From: Verrucomicrobiota bacterium
GTDB taxonomy: Bacteria; Verrucomicrobiota; Verrucomicrobiia; Opitutales; Opitutaceae
Length of the DNA: 64,000 nt
NCBI GenBank assembly: GCA_016235555.1
Contig: JACRKC010000004.1
Span: forward strand, 83,978 to 147,977
Reading direction: 5' to 3'
Both the position numbers and the translations under genes were made by a program. The notes beneath the pieces are model-generated. The model worked only from the letters and a program-made list of their open reading frames with translations. It made no database searches and was not told where the DNA came from. This document shows, one piece after another, positions 45,059 to 53,384 of this stretch (position 1 is its first letter; each line of letters begins with the position of its first letter).

Positions 45059-45337
45059 GTGAGCTACACCTACGCCATCGAGCAGGCGGCCGCGCAAACT
45101 GTTTTCGGCGCGACGGCCCGGGAACGCCGGCTGCTACAGGCGGCGTTTGAGGAGATTGCGCGGGCTCCGATGGAGAAGCCGGACTTGGTTGAACGGGACG
45201 GGCAGGGTCGTGAGCTTTTCACGCGCTTCTGCGGGCCGTTTGCGGTTACCTGGTGGTCGATCACGCCGTTGCCGAGGTGCGGATTGTCTTGGTCTATCGG
45301 GACTGAGCTGAAGCAGGTGGCATTGTGCGATGGCTGA
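45059..45337 (+). CDS. RelE/ParE-like toxin candidate, possibly frameshifted
   Basis: GTG start VSYTYAIEQAAAQTVFGATARERRLLQAAFEEIARAPMEKPDL... . An alternative frame from about 45215 reads ...LRAVCGYLVVDHAVAEVRIVLVYRD* (stop 45304-45306). That reading looks more like a canonical toxin C-terminus than the track-frame tail WWSITPLPRCGLSWSIGTELK. Confidence 0.35.
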   Translation: MSYTYAIEQAAAQTVFGATARERRLLQAAFEEIARAPMEKPDLVERDGQGRELFTRFCGPFAVTWWSITPLPRCGLSWSIGTELKQVALCDG

Positions 45338-45800
45338 TGTCTTCTCCCGCCGAAAGCGCTCGCTGGTGATGTCCCGTATTCGTGGCACCGGCAACAAGGA
45401 CACCGAGCTGCGCTTGATGGCGGTTTTCCGGGCGCACCGGATCACCGGCTGGCGGCGGGGAGCTACGCTCAGGGGTGAGGTCGGAGGTGGAAGGCGGGAG
45501 GTCGGAGGTGGGAGGTTGAGGACTTTCCGGGTGCGACCGGATTTTGTTTTTTCCAAGCTGAAGGCGGCGGTGTTTGTCGACGGTTGTTTCTGGCACGGGT
45601 GTCCTAGGCACGCCACGCAGCCGAAAACCAATGCGGCGTTCTGGCGGGAGAAGATTGCGGCGAACAAGGCGCGGGACCGGCGGGTGAACCGGGCGCTGCG
45701 GGCGATGGGGTGGACGGTCGTGCGCGTGTGGGAGCACGAGCTGCGCCGGCGGGACGAGGCGAAGTTGGTGCGACGGCTGCGGCAGGCGTTGGCCACGTAG
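45330..45800 (+). CDS. vsr: very short patch repair endonuclease Vsr, with an in-frame low-complexity insertion
   Basis: SRRKRSLVMSRIRGTGNKDTELRL, RPDFVF, AVFVDGCFWHGCPRH, FWREKIAANKARDRRV and GWTVVRVWEHEL are the Vsr blocks. Between GWRR and RPDFVF sits an extra GEVGGGRREVGGGRL encoded by a tandem DNA repeat. Confidence 0.85.
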   Translation: MADVFSRRKRSLVMSRIRGTGNKDTELRLMAVFRAHRITGWRRGATLRGEVGGGRREVGGGRLRTFRVRPDFVFSKLKAAVFVDGCFWHGCPRHATQPKTNAAFWREKIAANKARDRRVNRALRAMGWTVVRVWEHELRRRDEAKLVRRLRQALAT

Positions 45801-45848
45801 CGCTGGAGGCACAACTCTGCCAGCGGTTGAGCCCGGGGCGCGTCGCGC

Positions 45849-46253
45849 GTGAGTGAGGGGCCGGCGGCTGGCAAGGGTGGCGGTCGTTGGGCCTACCGGT
45901 GCTTGCAAGCACTGCGGGGCGGCGCAAATACTCCCGACGTGACGCCGTGTTATCATCAAACCATCGATGCCCGCTTGCTGCGGCTCGTAGAAGCCTCGGT
46001 AAGGAAGATCGATGCCAATCCGGCTTTGACCGGGCGTCTCGCGGAAAACGTGACCCGCTGGCCCAACCCGCGCTTGCGGGCGCAGTGGCAGCGGCGTTTG
46101 GAACAACCGTGGGCGGATCTCCGCGCCCAACTCCTCGCCGAGACCGAGCAGGGAACCGCCCTGCGGCAGGATGCGCCGCTCGGTGGCATCCTTTCGCCGG
46201 CCGAGCGTGCGCGGATCATGCGGGAGTTTTCCCATGACGCGCGCCCAGCTTGA
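45849..46253 (+). CDS. hypothetical protein, upstream partner of the DUF6036-like gene (start uncertain; GTG 45849 or GTG 45939)
   Basis: The ORF overlaps the next gene by 20 nt. The sequence ...YHQTIDARLLRLVEASVRKIDANPALTGRL...ILSPAERARIMREF has no family I can name. Confidence 0.45.
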   Translation: MSEGPAAGKGGGRWAYRCLQALRGGANTPDVTPCYHQTIDARLLRLVEASVRKIDANPALTGRLAENVTRWPNPRLRAQWQRRLEQPWADLRAQLLAETEQGTALRQDAPLGGILSPAERARIMREFSHDARPA

Positions 46254-46770
46254 GCACATTGTGCGGGCGGCCGGCGCGATCACCGACGAGCCGGTGATTT
46301 TGGTGCTGGGCAGTCAGTCGATCCTGGGGGCATTCCCCTCCGCGCCGCCGCCGCTCGATGTTTCGCGCGAGGCTGATGTGTGTCCGATGTATGCGCCGGA
46401 AAAAGCCGATTTGATCTCGGGTGCCATCGGCGAGATTTCCCAGTTCGACAGCACGTTTGGCTACTACGCGCACGGGCTTCCACCTGAGGCATGTCCGTTG
46501 CCGATGGGATGGAAGGACCGCCTTGTCTCTTTTCAGAACGACAACACCCGCGGCATCACGGCCCTCTGCCTGCATCCACTTGATCTTGCCTGTTCGAAGC
46601 TGGTGGCCGGCCGGGAAAAAGACGTCGGATTCGTCGTCGGCATGCTGGCCCACGGTCTCATCGAAGCCGGTGCACTCGAAGCGCACATCGGGCGGCTGCC
46701 GACACAGGAGCAACGCGACCGAGCGGTGTTGATGCTCACAGTCGTGCGGTCAAAAATGACCTCAAGCTGA
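46234..46770 (+). CDS. DUF6036-like nucleotidyltransferase-fold protein (TA-type module)
   Basis: Internal start MTRAQLEHIVRAAGAITDEPVILVLGSQSILGAF...SREADV...GYYAHGL...LPMGWKDRLV...CLHPLDLACSKLVAGREKDVGFV matches my memory of the DUF6036 consensus (vvGSqailg, S.D.D, lp.gW..Rl, cle..Dl...KL.AgR.KD). Confidence 0.6.
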   Translation: MTRAQLEHIVRAAGAITDEPVILVLGSQSILGAFPSAPPPLDVSREADVCPMYAPEKADLISGAIGEISQFDSTFGYYAHGLPPEACPLPMGWKDRLVSFQNDNTRGITALCLHPLDLACSKLVAGREKDVGFVVGMLAHGLIEAGALEAHIGRLPTQEQRDRAVLMLTVVRSKMTSS

Positions 46771-46850
46771 GGCGACGGTTCTGGCGTGATTACACGGCGT
46801 CCGGTGTCCACGTGGCAGGGATGCGTTCCGCGTCCGACACGGTGTGGTGA

Positions 46851-47009
46851 CGGTTCGAGGTCGCGACGAACCGGGCGCGGGACCGGCGGGTGAACCGGGC
46901 GCTGCGGACGATGGGCTGGACGGTCGTGCGCGTGTGGGAGCACGAGCTGCGGAAGCGGGACGAGGCGAAGCTGGTGCGGCGGCTGAGGCGGGCGTTGGCC
47001 CCTTGCTGA
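46851..47009 (+). pseudogene. 3' fragment of a second vsr copy
   Basis: It translates to RFEVATNRARDRRVNRALRTMGWTVVRVWEHELRKRDEAKLVRRLRRALAPC* and is preceded by an in-frame TGA. The DNA from 46873 on is roughly 90 percent identical by eye to vsr 45668-45800. A degraded W-Q-G-C-V-P-R trace of the WHGCPRH block is visible in another frame just upstream. Confidence 0.75.
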
Positions 47010-47035
47010 GGCTCGCACCATGGAGTGACACGCGG

Positions 47036-47150
47036 TAGGTCGGGGAGCGCCCGCGTCCCGCGGGCTGTCCGCGGCGTCCCGCCGAGGACTTCCGAGGTGC
47101 CGGCGAGACGCCGGCACCAGCACCCGGGACGGGTGCGCTCCCCGAACCGC
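47036..47150. repeat. REP-like palindromic element (GTAGGTCGGGGAGCGC variant)
   Basis: gtaggtcggggagcgcccgcgtcccgcggg...ggtgccggcg-aga-cgccggcacc...cccgggacgggtgcgctccccgaacc. An outer imperfect inverted repeat encloses a perfect 10-bp hairpin. Confidence 0.6.
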
Positions 47151-47274
47151 CGAACTCTTGGGCACCCTTTTTCGCGAGACTCAGTAAGGCGCGGAAGGCT
47201 CACTAGGATGGCTCGGTTTTGGATGGCTGTTTTTTTGCGGCTGGAACGGTTTCAAAAATTCCGTAGCCGTTCGT

Positions 47275-47342
47275 GTAGGTCGGGGTTCATCCCCGACACT
47301 TGTCCGCGTGCGGCGGACGTCGGGCGTAAAGCCCGACCTACG
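47275..47342. repeat. REP-like element, GTAGGTCGGG family, core-only copy 4
   Basis: gtaggtcggggttcatccccgacacttgtccgcgtgcggcggacgtcgggcgtaaagcccgacctac. Confidence 0.8.
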
Positions 47343-47437
47343 TGCCGAACACGGCTGCACTTCAACTTAAGCCGCGTTAGCCGGCTCGGGATCAGTTTCC
47401 TTGGTGCGCGACTGGTGCCGCTCGCGGCCAATTTCGC

Positions 47438-48106
47438 TTAACGCGACGGTTGCAGCTGGCTGAAGGTCACGAACTCTGCGCCCTGCTTTTTCAGTTCGGC
47501 GATCACGGCGGGCAGATTCGCGAGTGTCACGGTAGGCCACTCGTGGAGGAGGATGACGGTCCCGTCGACGATGCCTGTGGTGCAGAGGGCGCGGAACTTT
47601 TCGCCGGTGGTCGTGGCTTCCCAGTCAAGCGAGCCGATGAAGTGATGGCGGTGGAACGGAAAATGTTCGAGGCCGGTGGCGCGGCGGACCGCCGTGTCGA
47701 CGCGCGCGTCGTGCTCGAGGAAGGGCGCCCAGAACCACGCGGGCGCGCGGCCGGTCGCGGCTTTGATCGCGGCGGAGGTATCGGCGGCCTCCTTTTCGAT
47801 CTCGGCGTCGGTCTGCTGCTTCAAGTGCGGGTGGGTGTAGGAGTGGTTGATGATTTCGTGGCCGGCCGCGGCGGCGGCCTTGGCGAGGTCGGGATGGGCG
47901 GCGACATTTTTGCCGACGTGCGAGAAGGTCACGCGCACGCGCTCGCGGGCGAGGATCGCGAGCAGCGCGGCGTTTTGCCGGGGATCGGGGCCGTCGTCGA
48001 TCACGAGGGCGACGCGTTTGGGCGCCGGTGCGGCGGCGGGCGCCGGCGGCGCCACGAACGCAGCGCCGCTCAGGACGAAGCAGCGAAGCAGGGTGGGGAA
48101 CTTCAT
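47438..48106 (-). CDS. polysaccharide deacetylase (NodB homology / CE4 family), secreted
   Basis: This is the 3' part of track ORF 47438..48670, with start MKFPTLLRCFVLSGAAFVAPPAPA (signal). NodB motifs ALVIDDGPD and INHSYTHPHL. Confidence 0.8.
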   Translation of the reverse strand: MKFPTLLRCFVLSGAAFVAPPAPAAAPAPKRVALVIDDGPDPRQNAALLAILARERVRVTFSHVGKNVAAHPDLAKAAAAAGHEIINHSYTHPHLKQQTDAEIEKEAADTSAAIKAATGRAPAWFWAPFLEHDARVDTAVRRATGLEHFPFHRHHFIGSLDWEATTTGEKFRALCTTGIVDGTVILLHEWPTVTLANLPAVIAELKKQGAEFVTFSQLQPSR

Positions 48107-48407
48107 GACGGGGTGGAGCGATGTCGTCGTGCGGCGGGGCGGGCGGCAATGCGTTTCGCGGGCATTTCCGGTCGAACGTTTGAACCGCGGGGTGTGACTT
48201 TCTTCCGTGCCATGCGACCGCACCCGTGGGTGGGCCGGGCGCTCCGCGCCCGGCCAGATCGGTGTGCTCCCGGCCGCCCGCGGAGCGGCCGGCCCACCTT
48301 GCGGCTCGCGGCCCGAAAGCTGGAGGCGCTCGAATCGCGGGGCCCGGCCTCCCGGCTTGCGCCGGTGTGCGCGGCGCGCCTTCCTCGGGCACCCCGCCCA
48401 CGACCCC

Positions 48408-48908
48408 ATGAGCAGTTTTCGGATTCGTCCGAGTTTTTCCCACATCGTCGAATCCGGCCGCGACGATACGCGCCGGCTGATCCTGCGCGCGCTCGCGGCG
48501 CAGGCGGAGCGCCTGGAGGTGCGCGCGTTTCCCGAGTTCATCGGCATCCACATCGCGGAGAAGGAGCGGCGCTTCTGGTCGCCGCGGTTGTTCCTGAGTC
48601 TCGAGCCGACGCCGGAGGGCGGCACGCGCATCGAGGGCACGTATGGCCCGGAGATCGAGGTCTGGGGCATCTTCGTCTACGGCTATATCGCGGCCGGTTT
48701 GCTTGCGACGTTTTCGGGCATTCTCGGGTATGCGCAGACGCTCGTGCAGTCGGAGCCGTGGGGTTTCTGGATCGTGGCCGGCATGGGCGTGGTGGTGACG
48801 CTGCTCTACGCGGCGGCGCAGCTCGGCCAGAAACTCGGCGCGCGGCAGACGTTCCAACTGCACCAGGCCTACGAAGCCGCGATCGGCCGGCCGGCGGAGA
48901 TCAGCTGA
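48408..48908 (+). CDS. hypothetical membrane protein
   Basis: Internal start MSSFRIRPSF. Two C-terminal hydrophobic helices (VWGIFVYGYIAAGLLATFSGILGY and WGFWIVAGMGVVVTLLYAAA). No family recognised. Confidence 0.5.
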   Translation: MSSFRIRPSFSHIVESGRDDTRRLILRALAAQAERLEVRAFPEFIGIHIAEKERRFWSPRLFLSLEPTPEGGTRIEGTYGPEIEVWGIFVYGYIAAGLLATFSGILGYAQTLVQSEPWGFWIVAGMGVVVTLLYAAAQLGQKLGARQTFQLHQAYEAAIGRPAEIS

Positions 48909-49093
48909 GCCGAACCCGGGTGCCGGCCAGCCGCGGCGGGCAACTGATTGCAAGACATTGCTGTCGGGAGATTTTCCCGACCGGTGGGCTTGCAGGTGGG
49001 AATGGCAGGACTCAAACCACGGGCCGCTGCCGACTCCGGGGGATGGCCCCCGCGCCCCAAGCCGTCGGCTTCCATCTGCAAAACTCCCCCGTC

Positions 49094-52000
49094 ATGCGCA
49101 TCCTGAAATCTGTTTTCCTCACGCTGGTGGCCGGTCTGGCCGCGGCGTCCGCCAACACCGGCGTGCCCCCGCCGCAGTTCTCCGACAAGGAGCTCGCGCA
49201 GGGCTACAGCGACCGCGTCATCCTCGCCAAACCCCGCGTCCAGCATCGCGGCACGGTGGATGCCGCCGAGAGCCGGGACCGCGTCCGGGTGCGCGAGAAG
49301 CTGCCGCGGCTCGGGGATCTGCGCATCATCGAGGTGCCGGCGGGCGAATCGGTGGACCGCGAGATCGCGCGGCTGCAGGCGACGGGGCTCTACGAGTTCG
49401 TCGAGCGCGATTACCTGGAGAAACCCGATGCGACGCCGAACGATCCGAGTTTCCCGGCCCAATGGTCGCTCAACAACACCGGGTTCGCCCAGATTGCGGG
49501 CGGGCTGGCGGGCTCCGACATCAAGGCCGTGGCGGCGTGGGACATCATCCGGGAGGCGCCGAACGTCGTCGTGGCGGTGATCGACACGGGCATCAACGTC
49601 ACGCATCGCGACCTCGTGCCCAACCTCTGGCGCAATCCCGCGCCGACCGTCGGCGACGTCAACGGCGTGGCCATCCGCGGCGGCCAGCGCAGCGCCGACA
49701 TCGCGGACACGGTCGGCCACGGCACGCATGTCGCGGGCATCATCGGCGCGGCGGGCAACAACGGTTTCAACATGGCGGGCGTCGCGTGGAAGGTGCAGCT
49801 CATGATCGTCAAGAACAGCGGCCCCACGGGCACCTCGGCCTCGAGCGACAGCGCGTTGTGCGTGGACTACGCGATCGCGAAAGGGGCGCACGTGATCAAC
49901 TGCAGCTTTGGCGGCGCCGGTTTTTCCCAGACGCTCTTCACCGCGCTGCAGGCGGCGCGCAACGCCGGCGTGATCGTCGTGTGCTCGGCGGGCAACGACG
50001 GGTTGAACAACGACACCTCGCCCCACTATCCCTCGAACTACATCCTCGACAACCTCGTGAGCGTCGGGAACTCCGGCCCGTCCGATTTTTCGAGCCTGAC
50101 GTCGGATTACGGCGGCCTGGTCGACCTCTTCGCGCCGGGCAGCTCGATCTCGTCGCTCGACCTGACGGCCACGGGCCAGACCGTGCGCTCCGGCACCTCG
50201 ATGGCCGCGCCGCACGTGACCGGATCGCTGGCGCTCTTGAAGGCGCGGTTTCCCGAAGACACCCACCGGCAGCTGATCAACCGCCTGCTGCGCGGCACCG
50301 ACCGGCTCACCAGCCTCCGCGGGGAAGCGCAGACCGGCGGCCGGCTGAACCTCCTGCGGGCACTCACCGGCACGTCGAACCGGCCGTTCAACGACGAGTT
50401 CGCGTCGCGCAGCGTGTTGAGCGGCCCGGGGGTGGCGGTGCGTTCCAACAACGTCGGCGCCACGCCCGAGACGGGCGAGCCGGCCCACGCCGGTGCGCCC
50501 GCTTCCACGACGCTCTGGTGGCAGTGGACCGCGACGACGACCGGCACGGCCACCATCTCCACCATCGGCAGCGACTACGACACCGTGCTCGCCATCTACA
50601 CCGGCACCGCCCTCGCCAGCCTCACGCCGGTGGCGCAAAACGATGATGTGGGGTCGTTGAAGACGGCGTCGGTCACGTTTCCGACGGTCGGCAACACGAC
50701 CTACCTGATCGCGGTGGGCGGCAAGGGAGGCGCGGGCGGGCTCACCTACGTGAGCATCGGCAGCGCGCCGGCCAACGACGATTTCGCCGGCGCCACCTCG
50801 CTCGCCAGCGCCGAGAGCGTGCTGTCGACCGGCACCAATCTCCACGGCTCCTCGCAAGCCGGCGAACCGGCGATCCTGGGACATTCGCCGGTGTCCTCGG
50901 TCTGGTATCGCTGGACGGCACCGCGTTCCGGGCGGTTTCAGCTGGCGGCGTTTTCGTTTGTCTTCGACACGCTGCTCGCGGTCTACACCGGCTCCGAACC
51001 CACCGGGCTCACGCTGGTCGCCGCGGGCGACGACACCGGGGTCGAGGGCGCCAACAGCGACAGTCTCGTGACGTTCCAGGCGACCGGGGGCGTCACTTAC
51101 ACGTTCAAAGTCGACAGCAAGGATCCGCTGCGCGCCGGCGTTTTCACCCTGAGCCTGACCGACTCGGTGTGGCAGTTCAGCGGCGAGGGCTACGCCACCG
51201 GCGCGGTCGCCGTGGCGGCGGATGGCACGTTCCTGTTCGGGGGCGGCACCCCCGACGACTACTTTTACGCCGTGAAGCCGGATGGCACGCTGCGCTGGCG
51301 GTTCCGCGCGCCCGGCACCGTGGACAACTGCGCCCCGGCGGTCGGCCCCGACGGCACCATCTACTTCGGGGCGTCCGACGGCACGGTGCTCGCCCTGGCC
51401 GCCGACGGCACCGAGCGCTGGCGTCGGAAACTCGATGCCGGCAGCGCGGGAGTGAGCCCCGCGCTGGGCAACGATGGCACCGTCTATACCCACACGCAGA
51501 GCGGCACGATGTTTGCGCTCGATCCGGGCACCGGGGCGGTCCGCTGGCGGAGTGCGATCGAGGCGACGACGTTTGCCAGCCCGGTGATCGGCCGGGACGG
51601 CACGATCTACCAGATGACGAGCAGCGGTTCGACGGACGGCGCGTTGCTGGCGCTCACCCCGGGTGGCGGCCTCAAGTGGCGTTTCCCCGTGCCGAGTGAC
51701 TCGTATGCGACGCCGGCCATCGATGCGGCGGGCCGGATCTACTTCACCACCTACACGACGTCGCGGCTCTACTGCGTGGGTCCCGATGGCGTCGCGCAGT
51801 GGAACTTCGCCGCCGGCAGCGGCAGTCTGACCTCGGGATCACCCGTGCTCAGCGCCGATGCCTCGATCGCCTACTTCGGTGCCAACAACCGCTATCTTTT
51901 CGCGATCAACACCGCGGACGGTTCCCTGCGCTGGCGCGTGACCCTGCCCGGCGCCATCCTGGCGGCGAGCCCCGCCGTGGATGCCGCCGGCACGATCTAC

Positions 52001-53302
52001 GTCGGCTGTTACGATTACCGGATGTATGCGATCAATCCGACCGGCACCATCAAACGCCAGTGGGACACCGGCTACGCCATCCGCTCCAGCCCCGCCATCG
52101 TGGGGCGCACGCTGTATTTCACGAGTGGTGACGCCAAGCTCTACGCCATCGACATCGGGACCGGGGCGGCGGCCGGGGCGTGGACGCAATACCGCCAGAA
52201 CGCCGCCCGCACGGGGCGGATCGCCGGCGGCGAGTTTGTGATCGCGGCGGGTCCGCCGCCGGTGCGCGCGATCGCGACGCAACCGTTCGACCTCTCGGTG
52301 GGGGTCACCGCGTCGGCGCCCGTGACATTCCAGTGGAGCAAAGGCGGCGTGCCGATCGCCGGCGCGACCTACGCCTCGCTGCCGTTTGACGCCGCGCAGG
52401 CCGCCGATGCCGGGAGCTACACGGTGGCGGTGACGTCGGGTGGCCGCACGCTGACCACGCCGGCGGCGGCGGTGACGGTGGTGCCGTTCCTGGCACCGCG
52501 CTTCACCAACTTCTCGGTGCGGGCGGCCCCGGCGGCTCCACCGCGGGGGTTGATCGTCGGGTTCAATGTCGGTCCCGGCGCCGGCAAGCCGGTGCTGGCC
52601 CGCGGCGTGGGCCCGACGCTGGCGGCACTCGGCCTCACGCCGGCGCTGACGGACCCGTTCATCGATCTGACCGCTGGTGCGACCGTGTTGCAGTCGAACG
52701 ACAACTGGGACGGCGACGTGGCGGTGACCACCGCCGTCGGACGGGCGCAGGCCTTTCCGCTCCAGAACGGCAGCCGGGATGCCGCCCTCGTGCGAACGCT
52801 GCCGCCGGGATCGTATGCACTGCAGGTCTCGGGCGTGGGCACGACCACGGGCATCGCCCTCGGCGAAATCTACGACCTCGATGCGATCGATGCCGAGTCC
52901 GCCGGCGCGAGCCGCATCCGCAACTTCTCCGCGCGGGCCCAGGTGGGGGTGGGCAGCGAAATCCTCGTCGCCGGATTCACGATCACCGGCAACATCCCGA
53001 AGCGGGTGCTGATCCGCGCGGTGGGACCGACGCTCTCCGGGCTGGGCGTCACTCCCGTGCTGTCCGATACCGTGCTGGAGGTCTTCAACGGCACCACATC
53101 GATCGGCCGCAACGACGACTGGGCGGGCACAACCGCGCTCGCCACGGCCTTCACGCAGGCCGGGGCGTTTCCGCTGACGTCGACCACGAGCCGTGACTCC
53201 GCGTTGCTGCTCACGTTGCAGCCGGGGATCTACTCGGCGCGCGTGACGGGCTTCGGCTCGGCGACGGGCATCGCCTTGCTCGAGATTTACGAGCTGCCCT
53301 GA
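49094..53302 (+). CDS. secreted S8 subtilisin-like peptidase P7 (paralog of P5): propeptide, S8, 2x PPC-like, PQQ-like beta-propeller, Ig I-set, tandem C-terminal module
   Basis: This is the 3' part of track ORF 47450..53302, with start MRILKSVFLTLVAGLAAASA. Triad contexts VVAVIDTGIN, HGTHVAGIIGAAGNNG and SGTSMAAPHVTGSLALL. It is colinear with P5 over the whole length and ends IALLEIYELP. Confidence 0.9.
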   Translation: MRILKSVFLTLVAGLAAASANTGVPPPQFSDKELAQGYSDRVILAKPRVQHRGTVDAAESRDRVRVREKLPRLGDLRIIEVPAGESVDREIARLQATGLYEFVERDYLEKPDATPNDPSFPAQWSLNNTGFAQIAGGLAGSDIKAVAAWDIIREAPNVVVAVIDTGINVTHRDLVPNLWRNPAPTVGDVNGVAIRGGQRSADIADTVGHGTHVAGIIGAAGNNGFNMAGVAWKVQLMIVKNSGPTGTSASSDSALCVDYAIAKGAHVINCSFGGAGFSQTLFTALQAARNAGVIVVCSAGNDGLNNDTSPHYPSNYILDNLVSVGNSGPSDFSSLTSDYGGLVDLFAPGSSISSLDLTATGQTVRSGTSMAAPHVTGSLALLKARFPEDTHRQLINRLLRGTDRLTSLRGEAQTGGRLNLLRALTGTSNRPFNDEFASRSVLSGPGVAVRSNNVGATPETGEPAHAGAPASTTLWWQWTATTTGTATISTIGSDYDTVLAIYTGTALASLTPVAQNDDVGSLKTASVTFPTVGNTTYLIAVGGKGGAGGLTYVSIGSAPANDDFAGATSLASAESVLSTGTNLHGSSQAGEPAILGHSPVSSVWYRWTAPRSGRFQLAAFSFVFDTLLAVYTGSEPTGLTLVAAGDDTGVEGANSDSLVTFQATGGVTYTFKVDSKDPLRAGVFTLSLTDSVWQFSGEGYATGAVAVAADGTFLFGGGTPDDYFYAVKPDGTLRWRFRAPGTVDNCAPAVGPDGTIYFGASDGTVLALAADGTERWRRKLDAGSAGVSPALGNDGTVYTHTQSGTMFALDPGTGAVRWRSAIEATTFASPVIGRDGTIYQMTSSGSTDGALLALTPGGGLKWRFPVPSDSYATPAIDAAGRIYFTTYTTSRLYCVGPDGVAQWNFAAGSGSLTSGSPVLSADASIAYFGANNRYLFAINTADGSLRWRVTLPGAILAASPAVDAAGTIYVGCYDYRMYAINPTGTIKRQWDTGYAIRSSPAIVGRTLYFTSGDAKLYAIDIGTGAAAGAWTQYRQNAARTGRIAGGEFVIAAGPPPVRAIATQPFDLSVGVTASAPVTFQWSKGGVPIAGATYASLPFDAAQAADAGSYTVAVTSGGRTLTTPAAAVTVVPFLAPRFTNFSVRAAPAAPPRGLIVGFNVGPGAGKPVLARGVGPTLAALGLTPALTDPFIDLTAGATVLQSNDNWDGDVAVTTAVGRAQAFPLQNGSRDAALVRTLPPGSYALQVSGVGTTTGIALGEIYDLDAIDAESAGASRIRNFSARAQVGVGSEILVAGFTITGNIPKRVLIRAVGPTLSGLGVTPVLSDTVLEVFNGTTSIGRNDDWAGTTALATAFTQAGAFPLTSTTSRDSALLLTLQPGIYSARVTGFGSATGIALLEIYELP

Positions 53303-53384
53303 CGCCGGCCGGTTTGGAGCCGGACAAGACGCTGGGTTGACTCGGTCCGGCCGCTCGCGTGGCGTGGCGCATCCCCGCCCCGCC

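Noticed and set aside
47025-47441. 138-aa ORF at the right edge of the island
   Set aside because: It consists of translated REP-like palindromes (47036-47150, 47275-47342) and is an R-rich nonsense sequence.
47450-49093. 5' 548 codons of the 1950-aa track ORF 47450..53302
   Set aside because: This stretch is antisense to the CE4 deacetylase and crosses the 48408-48908 gene in another frame. The protease begins at MRILKSVFL (49094) with a signal peptide, mirroring its paralog P5.
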